DNA of 64,000 nucleotides from Pseudomonadota bacterium (lineage in GTDB: Bacteria; Bdellovibrionota; UBA2428), in contig JAGNHS010000006.1 of assembly GCA_018001635.1 (NCBI GenBank), positions 2,905 through 66,904 on the forward strand, given 5' to 3'. Under the pieces are notes generated by a model. It was not told the DNA's origin and made no database searches. It saw only the letters and a program-made list of their open reading frames with translations. Within the stretch, counting starts at the first letter, position 1; the number at the start of each line of letters is the position of its first letter. Of the stretch, positions 45,901 through 53,761 are shown in pieces. The translations under genes and the position numbers were made by a program.

Positions 45901-48900
45901 TGAACTTTTCCACCTTGTGGATATCTGAATATTGAAAGATGGGGATTTCGAAAATTCCAGGAAGTGTTTAAATTTGGATTTCCATTAGTATCTCTTTCTA
46001 GGGCCACGTTGTAGCGACTCGACCAATGAGTCATTAAAAAGCGAAGCATGAGTTTTTTGATGTTTTCAGGGACAACTATGATTCTATGTTTAGGTTTTTC
46101 AGGTTTTTTAGAGAGCTCACTCAAAATGGGTCTTAAATTTGGGAAAACTTGAAGATCGTCTGAGGTGAGCGCACTCACCGACATTCTTCTGATGTCAGGA
46201 GTGGATCTCGGAGTGTTCGGAGGCCAGTTGTACCATTGTGAGGTTAAGAATCTTGCATCGATTTCAAATAGACCTTTGTCTACTAAGCCTGCTTTGAATT
46301 CATGAGGATGAGCTTCTTGAAGTTTTAAAAGTTTTTTAGGAGTTGTTAGAACAACAGTTGTCACAGATTTGAAGGAGTCTGATGGAGAGCTTAAATCTTT
46401 AAGGTGTCGTCCTTTTCCTTCCGTGGCTAAGAGAAAAAGTCCAGAAAGTTTATGGGGCGAAGAGGGATCGTAAATGTGATCAGACGAGGTTGAGCGTGCT
46501 GATTCGGAGAAGCTTTCTTCATCGAGTTCATCGCCACCTTGGTTTGTTTCTACAACTTCTGGTTCATCTTCTTCATGCTTGTGTTTAGTTCCTTTGTTTC
46601 TGCCGTCGTTCTCTTCTTCATCCTCTTCGTCATCTTCTGTCTTTTTGTTTGAAGCTTTAGACTCGGGATCATTATTAGCGCTTACGGTTTCGATTCCCAT
46701 TTGTCTTTCAGAGTCGCTTGAGGCGTAGTCGAGTATGCTAAACGAGGATGCACTGTCACTATCTTCAGAGTTTTTGCCGTCTGTTTCTAATATGAAAGTT
46801 TGTAAAAGCTCGTCGGAGCCTGCAAATAGTACGTTTTGTGTTGTTGATTCAGAGGCAAGTTTTAATTCCTTGCGCATTTCCCGAGCATCGGATTGATGGT
46901 CAAAGAAGTAGAGTTCAAAATCGTTTCCACCGGGTTTCCATTTAAGGGACCAACCTGTTTTTTTGTTATCGAGTTTAAGGAGCATGAGGTTATAAAAGTT
47001 GGCGTAGTCTTCGTCAGACACTACAAGGAAAGTTTTTTTACCTTTTTTAGAAGGATCTACGACTAAGGAATCTAGGTACTCGTCTAAGAGTGGGTAAAGT
47101 GGTCCTTTCCCCCCAGGTCCGAAATTTAAATCTTTATAAGTTTTAGCTTGCTCAGCTTCATTTCCGTCGAGTGCTTTGGAAAGTGTTGAATTAATTGAGC
47201 GTAATCCAGTGGAGGATGAAATGCTCCATCGACTTCCTATCCAAAATAAGCGACCCTCTTTTTCGTTTTCCTGAACAATTCTTTCTTTAAGGCGAATATT
47301 AATATTTTCTTTTGAGGGAACAACAAGTTTAGAGACGTAATTAAAACATCTCATTTTATATTTTGCAGAAAAATAATCTTCATTGGGAGTGTCAACCCAA
47401 TACAGGGCACCATTGCCATCGGGAAGCACTCGGTCGCTAATGCGATTGGCGGTCACATAACTTTTTGTAAGCCAACCTGAGGAATCTGGAATGTTGTTGG
47501 CTGTGAATTCAATTTTTCCAGCTTTGAGTTGAGATTGAATTTCGTATCCTAGCAGATACACGCCACCCGTGTTCTGACGAGTCCTTTTGAGAAAGAGCAT
47601 AACGTAAATGCTGTTAGCGTGCTTTCTTAAACCTTTAAAAACTCTTACACCCTCAATTTGAGAGAATGAAAATGGAAGCTCTCGTGTGGCGAAGAAAGTG
47701 TTCTTTATGTTTTCTCCAACTCGACCCTCGTAATTAAAAAGGGTCACAAGATTGAATTTTCCTTCTAAATTAGGTTGCTGAGAGTTGTTTGGAAGCATTC
47801 CAAACAAATGGATTTTGAAGGCTTCCAATTGCTTCGAAGATTCGCTGAGTGGAAGATGAATGTCAGTGGTGTATAGAACAGCACGAATGGAATCTTTGGA
47901 AATGGATGTTCTTGAATTTTTCTTTGTCTTTGTTTTTGAGCTATTGGAATAGATAAGCTGTCCGGGAATGAATGATGAATCATCTTTGTTTAAATGCGAT
48001 GTTGAATCAGCAGGTGTTTCGTGTCGATCTGCGGAATGCGTATCCTCAAGATAGACTCCGGTTTTTTCATTGAGTTGTGATTGTTTGTCGTTATTGAATT
48101 CTCGATAAACAACATGGGGGCTCATGATTACGGGAAACTCGTTTTTAGCTTGAAGAAATACTGTTTTCTTTTTGGGGTCGCTTTCAGAGACGTTAAGATA
48201 GGCGGTGACTCGCAGTCCTCCGGGATTTTTTTGAGAATCACTTCTATAGGTTTTGGGCCCCACGCGAGGAGTGCTGTTGTCGAAAACTAAACCAAGGTTT
48301 TCCACATTCTTGATTCGTAATTCTAGTTCTTCTTTGCTGAAACTGTACGTATTCGATATAACCTGCATGTCTTTAACGCTGACGTGACCCATGGATTCTT
48401 CAAGTTCAATCGCGAAAGTTCCCCCTCCAGGATAATATTGAGTTTTTCCTGATAAAATTAAATAATGTTTTTTGTAAACCGCACCAGAAATGAGTTCGTC
48501 ATCAGGGGTGTTGTCTGAAAATCCAAAAATGGGTGCTGATTTTCTTTTTTCGATTTTAGGTTGTGGAAGATCAAAGGACTCTAGAATTATAACGTTGTCG
48601 TTGTTGAAAGGGTCGAATTTGAGTTTGGTAAATTGTTCTTGAACTTCGACAACCTGAATACTTCTGTTTCTGGATTTTAGTCTTAACAGAATGCTTTTAT
48701 CCAATGAGAATAAAACCTCAACAGAGGAATCGTTTGAGAGAGATCGAGTTAAAAACTTTTTATTGTCTTGATCCCAGCTGAGTCTTCCTTTTTGGGGTGG
48801 AGTACCTTCATATTGAAAGGAGAGCCCATCTCCTAAGGGTTCAAAGAATTGAGTGACTCCCGAAATGGCCATGTTAGAAACTTGAGGTTCGGGTCTTTTC

Positions 48901-49844
48901 TCGAGGACATCCACTAAGGGAGGATTAGTGAGCACACTCAGTTTAAGAGATTTTCCAGAATTAATATCGATGTCTCTATATCGACTTGTAAAAGTTTTTT
49001 TATCGATTTTGGAATTGGGGTCGAGATAATCCAATAAAAGCTTCACTTTTTTTAACCAAATATCAACGAGAGGGTGCTCTTTGTCGTTTTTCCATTTTTC
49101 ATAAACTGTTTTTAGAAGATAGGGGGAGTATGCTTTGTCGGGTGAATAGTCGGCAAAAAGTCTTATGAGTCCTTGGTCTGTGGGGTGAAATCTATAATCG
49201 AGGAGCACCGGTTCAGATATTTTAAATTCACCTGTTTCGATGCCTCCGTTTTTAACAATAGCAAAAGTGATTCCGTCAGAACCCATTTGAGGAATGCCTT
49301 GCTTAACTGAGATGATATACATACACGAGTTGTCTACAGGGTATTGTACAATCGTGATGTCTTTGGGGTCCTTTATGTTTTCAAGATAAATTTTACGTTT
49401 CGTGAGAGGATCGATGATTGGGACGGGAGTGGCAAATTTGTTGGGTATTTTTTGGGATTCATTAGCGCCAATAATGAGTGAGCTGGCTGCTTTTTTTTCT
49501 GAAGTGTTTTTGTTAACGATATAAATTTGTCCATCGAGAATGACTAAGGCTTCTTGATTTCCTTGTTGAGTGACAGGAGCTAAGAGTACAAAAGTTTCAG
49601 CGGATCGCTTATTCACGCCAAGCACTTCTTTTTGAATCAGTGGAGTAGAGTTTTCAGCTCCAGTATTAAAAAAATAAATTCCCTTTTTTTTGCCATTGAG
49701 TTCAGTGTTGAATACCAACTCGTATAAGGCTCTTGCATTATGAGGATGTGGAAAAATGAAAGACCCCTCGTCGGCCGCGCGTAAGGCTCCACTTTGTCCG
49801 ACAAGTAGGGCGGCAAGGGCAATATGTTTGAGGAGGTGTCTCAT
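42966..49844 (-). CDS. Giant (2292 aa) protein: signal peptide, unassigned N-terminal region of about 880 aa, acidic linker, and Clp/Hsp100-like AAA+ modules (last one with intact Walker A/B)
   Basis: Uninterrupted 6.9-kb ORF with signal peptide MRHLLKHIALAALLVGQSGALRA|AD. Walker A is FFGETSLGKTFFFE (about 44863-44886) and Walker B is GFILIDDLHKA (about 44641-44665), followed by NISLFVTINPAS. An upstream Clp D1-like block is IIVATPEQIEDLEKDL...FEIVRLEYPSVEHRSNILRNLF. ATGA overlap with the downstream gene. Confidence 0.8.
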   Translation of the reverse strand: MRHLLKHIALAALLVGQSGALRAADEGSFIFPHPHNARALYELVFNTELNGKKKGIYFFNTGAENSTPLIQKEVLGVNKRSAETFVLLAPVTQQGNQEALVILDGQIYIVNKNTSEKKAASSLIIGANESQKIPNKFATPVPIIDPLTKRKIYLENIKDPKDITIVQYPVDNSCMYIISVKQGIPQMGSDGITFAIVKNGGIETGEFKISEPVLLDYRFHPTDQGLIRLFADYSPDKAYSPYLLKTVYEKWKNDKEHPLVDIWLKKVKLLLDYLDPNSKIDKKTFTSRYRDIDINSGKSLKLSVLTNPPLVDVLEKRPEPQVSNMAISGVTQFFEPLGDGLSFQYEGTPPQKGRLSWDQDNKKFLTRSLSNDSSVEVLFSLDKSILLRLKSRNRSIQVVEVQEQFTKLKFDPFNNDNVIILESFDLPQPKIEKRKSAPIFGFSDNTPDDELISGAVYKKHYLILSGKTQYYPGGGTFAIELEESMGHVSVKDMQVISNTYSFSKEELELRIKNVENLGLVFDNSTPRVGPKTYRSDSQKNPGGLRVTAYLNVSESDPKKKTVFLQAKNEFPVIMSPHVVYREFNNDKQSQLNEKTGVYLEDTHSADRHETPADSTSHLNKDDSSFIPGQLIYSNSSKTKTKKNSRTSISKDSIRAVLYTTDIHLPLSESSKQLEAFKIHLFGMLPNNSQQPNLEGKFNLVTLFNYEGRVGENIKNTFFATRELPFSFSQIEGVRVFKGLRKHANSIYVMLFLKRTRQNTGGVYLLGYEIQSQLKAGKIEFTANNIPDSSGWLTKSYVTANRISDRVLPDGNGALYWVDTPNEDYFSAKYKMRCFNYVSKLVVPSKENINIRLKERIVQENEKEGRLFWIGSRWSISSSTGLRSINSTLSKALDGNEAEQAKTYKDLNFGPGGKGPLYPLLDEYLDSLVVDPSKKGKKTFLVVSDEDYANFYNLMLLKLDNKKTGWSLKWKPGGNDFELYFFDHQSDAREMRKELKLASESTTQNVLFAGSDELLQTFILETDGKNSEDSDSASSFSILDYASSDSERQMGIETVSANNDPESKASNKKTEDDEEDEEENDGRNKGTKHKHEEDEPEVVETNQGGDELDEESFSESARSTSSDHIYDPSSPHKLSGLFLLATEGKGRHLKDLSSPSDSFKSVTTVVLTTPKKLLKLQEAHPHEFKAGLVDKGLFEIDARFLTSQWYNWPPNTPRSTPDIRRMSVSALTSDDLQVFPNLRPILSELSKKPEKPKHRIIVVPENIKKLMLRFLMTHWSSRYNVALERDTNGNPNLNTSWNFRNPHLSIFRYPQGGKVHQEEIFGNLDAMRRLSQENSVVLLADASDLLRNERPLVGEKSDIKPFRISDPAAMKKTELLAETASEAQSSANSPNEGSDKDGNSSSRSDIDKPNTIFPHIMWWLASEGRRIQPKLKKQWRLRDEATPSVSEIIVATPEQIEDLEKDLGLESHFMDLQKDFEIVRLEYPSVEHRSNILRNLFYREDIRTLNYSFRYNGNESGAERNSAPFLNITKFLANRIEAVANSLNQEPIEAFVRSYSIFRKSLVDDHKLRRSRVIDENYVERFLAKVFPIPLNYKSLEPEDVLHKIKDTARAAVDLTKLGYAGQLDLKERIFRLILSQTQGSDSSKQIPSSAVFFGETSLGKTFFFEKLIQLLDIKVYDFNRPLDENAQAFFLKVEDLVDKKEEATGKSLYVEDALKHLDNFLSLPLGYRGFILIDDLHKAKNANVLSRVMSYIQNLLNNNLVRVSRLEDKMTIEIPVRNISLFVTINPASNREIRDQYIDDASSIESQIIAALSQVEGAQYEPSILARFSDLINFGDFPREAKASGLISKIRARSLQELTLSNKLILVNPHILSEIAQIFPKAHARNFLMPVTNSLFTEAKDDSLAPAPLYYVTSSKSDTHDSKDLKDDWNVDEWYNDDHQVEEGGSTINSTTLRNQIKKHVVVKPVTFDNLRGRLDFAEFNSNSFRINFYNHFINSIQNHKFFRASLQNEMYYLKPLITGVYLNLRNRPELRFWNLDLSPVRLKINNHSGFLSEFQDLMDAHHNSKPVIPFKLPASSVLESDSLDDFLKIKGSIQEQEGQREYISRLIINIESLMKNLFYKFYQSNGFQESNSQAWLDSMKNSKEVREEFASTTDKIRDLFQMFVSNQGFLNPKLKEVQKGLHRNLSSSDLAIIFLWAIDQAIANLPWDNANVFMMKMLEEIIDEPALSTRAEFAEFAFKTEESPLSPLTVEYVTQLLEGNDLIRDKVPELERNHAGFGDRCEYLLIPEEKK

Positions 49845-49862
49845 TTTCCAGCTTTACTCAGT

Positions 49863-52463
49863 TTATTTTTTGTCGTGCTTGTTGACGTGCTCCACTAAGA
49901 ATCGAAGCGCTTGCACGAAAGATCTCTCGTTGTATCCGTATCTTTCCAAGTTGCTGAGTATCTTTTGCCCAGCCGTTTGAGTTTCAGTGGCCACGGATCT
50001 TCCTTGCATGAAATCAAGGAGGCTTTGGTAGCTGTTAGTTTTTAAGTTCTGACTCATCAACCAATCAGAAATAGCTTTTTCAAGCTTAATCCACATGGGG
50101 AGGGGTGATCCGTCAGTATTATGAAGCGCTAAATTGGCAACATAAGCTTGGAGATCTGGGGGATTAAGATCGTCGCCCCAGCGTTTTCTAAAGGCCTTTT
50201 TAATTTCAGTGAGTCTATCAAAATTGATGGCAGTAGGTATGTCGCCTTTTGATTTAGTGTGGTGTGTGGCTTTAGAGTCTTGCGCTAAGTGTGAAATTTC
50301 CGAAGTGACTGCATCGTAAATACTGCGCACTTTATTGGTGTCGTTAGCAATAATCGAGTTCACATCGTTCATGAGCTTAGGAAGTATGAGCTCTGCTGCA
50401 ATTCTCTCGGCGAGTTCGAGCCATTTAGCGTATTCAGGGCGTTCCTTTTGAAATTGGTTTTCGTGAAGGGTGAGTCTAAAGGCGTCTTTTATTTCTACAG
50501 GAGTTAAAGTGTTTGAATGTCCGGGAGATTGTGCGAGTTCAAGGGCCTTTTTAAAGACCACTTCAATATCGCGTTGTCCAATTCCATTATCGCCTTCATT
50601 GAGAAGAGCTTCCTTTGAGAATTCCGTTAAAGCCGCTAGAACTTCTTGATTCTCAACAACTTCATCTCCTGTGATAATTCGAAGACGGTCAATTGGGTCG
50701 GTGAACCATCTTAGATCGGGACGTGTGATACGAGTGAGAATGTTGGCGTCTTTGAGTTTATCGATATTTGTTTCAAGCGAAGAGCCTGCGGCAATGCATC
50801 CCAAGAAATATAGCGAATAGGGTGAAATATCGACAAAGGAACTTTTGCTAGCGCTGATTTCAGCTGGCGAATCAATTTTAACTCTTACGGCGTAATGACC
50901 CTCAGGGCCTGAAATATTTCCATTGCTGTCGGGTTCTGCATAAATTTCCTTGATGAGGGGTGAATTTGAGCTTTCGTTTAGTGTGGCGAGATTTTTGTGT
51001 TCTGTTGAATCCAATTTGCGTGCACTAAAGTTATTGGGTTTGAGAGTGAGTAAAAGTGCAAGCTCTCTCCATCTTGGATGGAGGAGGTTTTTCATGGCAA
51101 TATGTTGTAAGCGAGATAGAAGAGCGTCGGTGTCCATGCGTTTTTTGGAATCTGCAATGGAACTATAGTTTGCAGAAAACACATTAAAGGTGTCCATCGC
51201 TAAAGCGGGGGTGTCTGAACCTTTGGCGACGCCTTCTTGTAATACAGAAAGTAGGAAGTGGAGAACTACGGGGTCGTTTCGAGTAACGTCGTCCCAAATG
51301 ATCATGGAGCCATCGTTTTGAGAGAGGGGTCCGTTAAAATGGAAGCCGAGAGTGTTATTGGCGCCTTTAATTCTTGCGGCTACGTTGGCAGTTCCAATTA
51401 AAGAAGAGGTGTCGGGGGCTTCTTCCATAGGACGAATAATGGGATCGCGATTGGAGGCAAGGCTGATGTCTTTTCTTGCAATACCCACAAAATTTTCAAA
51501 TATGGCTAAATAGTCAGCTACGGTGAGAGAAGTTGCTTTTGTGGCTTTTAAAATATGTTTTTTATAAAAAGGAATGAGAAATTCTCTTAGGATATCTTCT
51601 GCATGAGAATCGCGGGCGACAGCTTGGCCAGGATTTCTTTCGTAGAAATCACCAATGTCGAAACCTAACATTTTAGAGGCGGTGGCACCTAGAGTTTTTG
51701 CGTAAGCCACTTTGAGTTCGGTGGGAAGTAGGCTGAAGGGACTTCTTTGAAGGCTTGTAACATTAAGGCGATCGCTATCTTTGACTAAGAATTGATCGAG
51801 TCTTTGACCTAATGAAGGATCAGTTTGTTTTATCATGTCCAAATTTTTCCAAAAATAGGTGTATTCCTTGAATAGAGGATCTCGAACTGAGAGGTGGGCT
51901 AGGGCATATCGAATGACGTATTCGAGAACTGTTTTTCCAGTTCCTGGAGGTCCCTTTAAAAGTGGTCCTTTACTTCCGCGCATACCTTGTGCGGCTTCGG
52001 AGATGATTTTTGCCAAGCTCGAGCTAGCTTCATATTGGCCTACGAGAAAAAGTCCGCCAGTTGCGGGCAAGGCATCATGATAGACTTTGGGAACATTATA
52101 ATATTGGTGCTTGTAGACGGGGTCTAAAACTCGGCGATATCCAAAATTATTCAAGACCGCTAATTGTTTTTGATCAGCATTCATTAAAAGTAAGGGATGC
52201 TCTTTTATGAGATCGGGTAATTTTGAAAAAGGATACTCTACGGCGTATTCTTCGGTGCCGGCAATAGCTAGTTGAGCCACTGTTTCGGGCACTAAAAGAG
52301 TTGAGCATAATTTTGGATCAACATGAAAACTTTTAGGAGTGCTAGTTGTTGATTTAGCCGCGGATGCTTTTTTGCTTTCTGCTGCAAATGAAAAATTTTC
52401 TAAGCTCATTAAAAAAATAACGACGTGTGTAATTTTTAGAATTGTAGGTAGGCTTTTTCTCAT
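49863..52463 (-). CDS. PrkA/YeaG-like AAA+ protein (866 aa) with signal-peptide-like N-terminus
   Basis: PrkA-type N-terminal AAA blocks are SLAKIISEAAQGMRGSKGPLLKGPPGTGKT (Walker A about 51932-51955) and DGSMIIWDDVTRNDPVVLHFLLSVLQEGVAKGSDTPALAMDTFNVFSANYSS. A long helical C-terminal region follows. N-terminus is MRKSLPTILKITHVVIFLMSLENFSFA|AE. Confidence 0.75.
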   Translation of the reverse strand: MRKSLPTILKITHVVIFLMSLENFSFAAESKKASAAKSTTSTPKSFHVDPKLCSTLLVPETVAQLAIAGTEEYAVEYPFSKLPDLIKEHPLLLMNADQKQLAVLNNFGYRRVLDPVYKHQYYNVPKVYHDALPATGGLFLVGQYEASSSLAKIISEAAQGMRGSKGPLLKGPPGTGKTVLEYVIRYALAHLSVRDPLFKEYTYFWKNLDMIKQTDPSLGQRLDQFLVKDSDRLNVTSLQRSPFSLLPTELKVAYAKTLGATASKMLGFDIGDFYERNPGQAVARDSHAEDILREFLIPFYKKHILKATKATSLTVADYLAIFENFVGIARKDISLASNRDPIIRPMEEAPDTSSLIGTANVAARIKGANNTLGFHFNGPLSQNDGSMIIWDDVTRNDPVVLHFLLSVLQEGVAKGSDTPALAMDTFNVFSANYSSIADSKKRMDTDALLSRLQHIAMKNLLHPRWRELALLLTLKPNNFSARKLDSTEHKNLATLNESSNSPLIKEIYAEPDSNGNISGPEGHYAVRVKIDSPAEISASKSSFVDISPYSLYFLGCIAAGSSLETNIDKLKDANILTRITRPDLRWFTDPIDRLRIITGDEVVENQEVLAALTEFSKEALLNEGDNGIGQRDIEVVFKKALELAQSPGHSNTLTPVEIKDAFRLTLHENQFQKERPEYAKWLELAERIAAELILPKLMNDVNSIIANDTNKVRSIYDAVTSEISHLAQDSKATHHTKSKGDIPTAINFDRLTEIKKAFRKRWGDDLNPPDLQAYVANLALHNTDGSPLPMWIKLEKAISDWLMSQNLKTNSYQSLLDFMQGRSVATETQTAGQKILSNLERYGYNERSFVQALRFLVEHVNKHDKK

Positions 52464-52469
52464 GACGCA

Positions 52470-52499
52470 CCATTAGTGCTTTGTGAATAAATGTGTCAA
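52470..52499 (-). promoter_or_regulatory. Candidate promoter close to the PrkA-like gene start
   Basis: On the minus strand: TTGACA (52499-52494), an 18-nt spacer, then TAATGG (52475-52470), only 6 nt before the ATG. The -35 is perfect but the -10 is poor. Motif match only. Confidence 0.2.
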
Positions 52500-52573
52500 A
52501 AGCATATTGCATAAAGTCAGGATGTAAGGCGAATTAAGATTTAACGCAAATCGTCACGATGGAAAACAAAAAA

Positions 52574-52602
52574 TACAAAGTGTCATTGATGCCGACTATA
52601 TT
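52574..52602 (+). promoter_or_regulatory. Candidate promoter abutting the DUF3299 gene start
   Basis: TACAAA (52574-52579), a 17-nt spacer, then TATATT (52597-52602), with 6 nt before the ATG at 52609. Motif match only. Confidence 0.25.
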
Positions 52603-52608
52603 TGCGGA

Positions 52609-53148
52609 ATGCGAGTCGTTTTTGTTTTTTCTTTTTTATGGGCTGCGCTTCTTTATTCTGCCACAACGAGTCAAGATTCTGCGAGCACTATATATTTTAA
52701 GGTGCTCAAGGGTTTTGATGTAGAAAAAAAGAAATCAAATGCTGAAGTAGACGCATTAGTCGGCAAAAAAATTCGCATTCCTGGATTTATGGTTCCTCTT
52801 GAATATAAATCTCAAAAGGTGACTGAGTTTTTGTTAGTACAGTCTCTTCCCTCTTGCATTCACGTACCTCCCCCCTCTCCTAATCAAACCATTATGGTGA
52901 AGATGAAGGATAAAAAAACAGTGTCTTTGAGTATGGATCCCATTTGGGTGACAGGAATCTTAAAATTGGTCAAACAAGACAAATATACATTTGGTGATGC
53001 CGTTTATAGCATTGAGGGCGAGTCTTCTGCTCCTGTAGATTCAAAAGACTTTAATAAAGTGGGTTTATTTATGGGAGATCAGGTGGATATGGCTCCTTTA
53101 GAGGAGAATCCTTTTGGTGGTGAGAGTAAAACTAAGAAAAAGAAATAG
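52609..53148 (+). CDS. Exported DUF3299 domain protein
   Basis: Signal peptide is present. The DUF3299-like core is KKIRIPGFMVPLEYKSQKVTEFLLVQSLPSCIHVPPPSPNQTIMVKM...PIWVTGILK. Confidence 0.65.
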   Translation: MRVVFVFSFLWAALLYSATTSQDSASTIYFKVLKGFDVEKKKSNAEVDALVGKKIRIPGFMVPLEYKSQKVTEFLLVQSLPSCIHVPPPSPNQTIMVKMKDKKTVSLSMDPIWVTGILKLVKQDKYTFGDAVYSIEGESSAPVDSKDFNKVGLFMGDQVDMAPLEENPFGGESKTKKKK

Positions 53149-53185
53149 AAATAGTTTAAGAAATAGACTTAAAGGGTACGACATT

Positions 53186-53761
53186 ATGAAAAAGCATTTT
53201 TTAAAATCCCTAACATTAAGTTTGTGTCTCTCAATAACTTTGATGGCCAAAGAAAAACATCATCATCATGAGTCTTTGGCAAAGCATATTCACGGTGAAG
53301 CTAATCTCAATTTGATACTTGAAGATGATAAAAAGGGTGAGCTTGAATTTGAGGCCCCTGGCATGGATGTCGTTGGATTTGAATACGATGCCAAAACACC
53401 CAAGGAAAAAGAGAAGCTCAATCAAGTTTTGTCAGAATTTAAAAGCAAAGCTCAAGAATTATTTGTTTTGGATGCAAGTCTAAAATGCGTTTTAACTCCT
53501 AAAGAGGTGGCCTGGGAATCGGAGGATCACGAAGAGCCTGAAGGCGTTCATAGAGATCATGAAAAACAGCCCGTCGCAGAACATCATGCGATTGAAGCTT
53601 CTTACTCTATAAATTGTCAAAAGCCTCTTAAGGGGACTCGTTTTAATTTGGAGCTTTTCAAAAAATTTAAATCGTTAAAAAAAGTCAATTTTCAGTATAT
53701 GGGCAGCAATCTTCAGCGGGCCAGCGAGTTGTCTGCTGGAAAGTCTAGCATTGAGCTCTAA
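53186..53761 (+). CDS. Exported His-rich DUF2796 protein (ZrgA-like periplasmic zinc-binding protein)
   Basis: ATG 53186 gives signal peptide MKKHFLKSLTLSLCLSITLMA. Then KEKHHHHESLAKHIHGEANLNLILEDD...LEFEAPGMDVVGFEY, typical of DUF2796. More His/Glu lies in the middle (HEEPEGVHRDHEKQPVAEHH). Confidence 0.7.
   Translation: MKKHFLKSLTLSLCLSITLMAKEKHHHHESLAKHIHGEANLNLILEDDKKGELEFEAPGMDVVGFEYDAKTPKEKEKLNQVLSEFKSKAQELFVLDASLKCVLTPKEVAWESEDHEEPEGVHRDHEKQPVAEHHAIEASYSINCQKPLKGTRFNLELFKKFKSLKKVNFQYMGSNLQRASELSAGKSSIEL

Noticed and set aside
52550-52560. ATCGT-C-ACGAT palindrome in the divergent control region as a Zur/Fur box
   Set aside because: It has only 5-bp arms and no resemblance to known Zur/Fur consensus sequences. 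Palindromes this short are expected by chance.
53114-53185. Extended N-terminus of the DUF2796 protein overlapping the DUF3299 gene
   Set aside because: The internal ATG at 53186 yields a proper signal peptide and removes the overlap. The extension is Arg/Lys-rich read-through of the upstream gene's 3' end.
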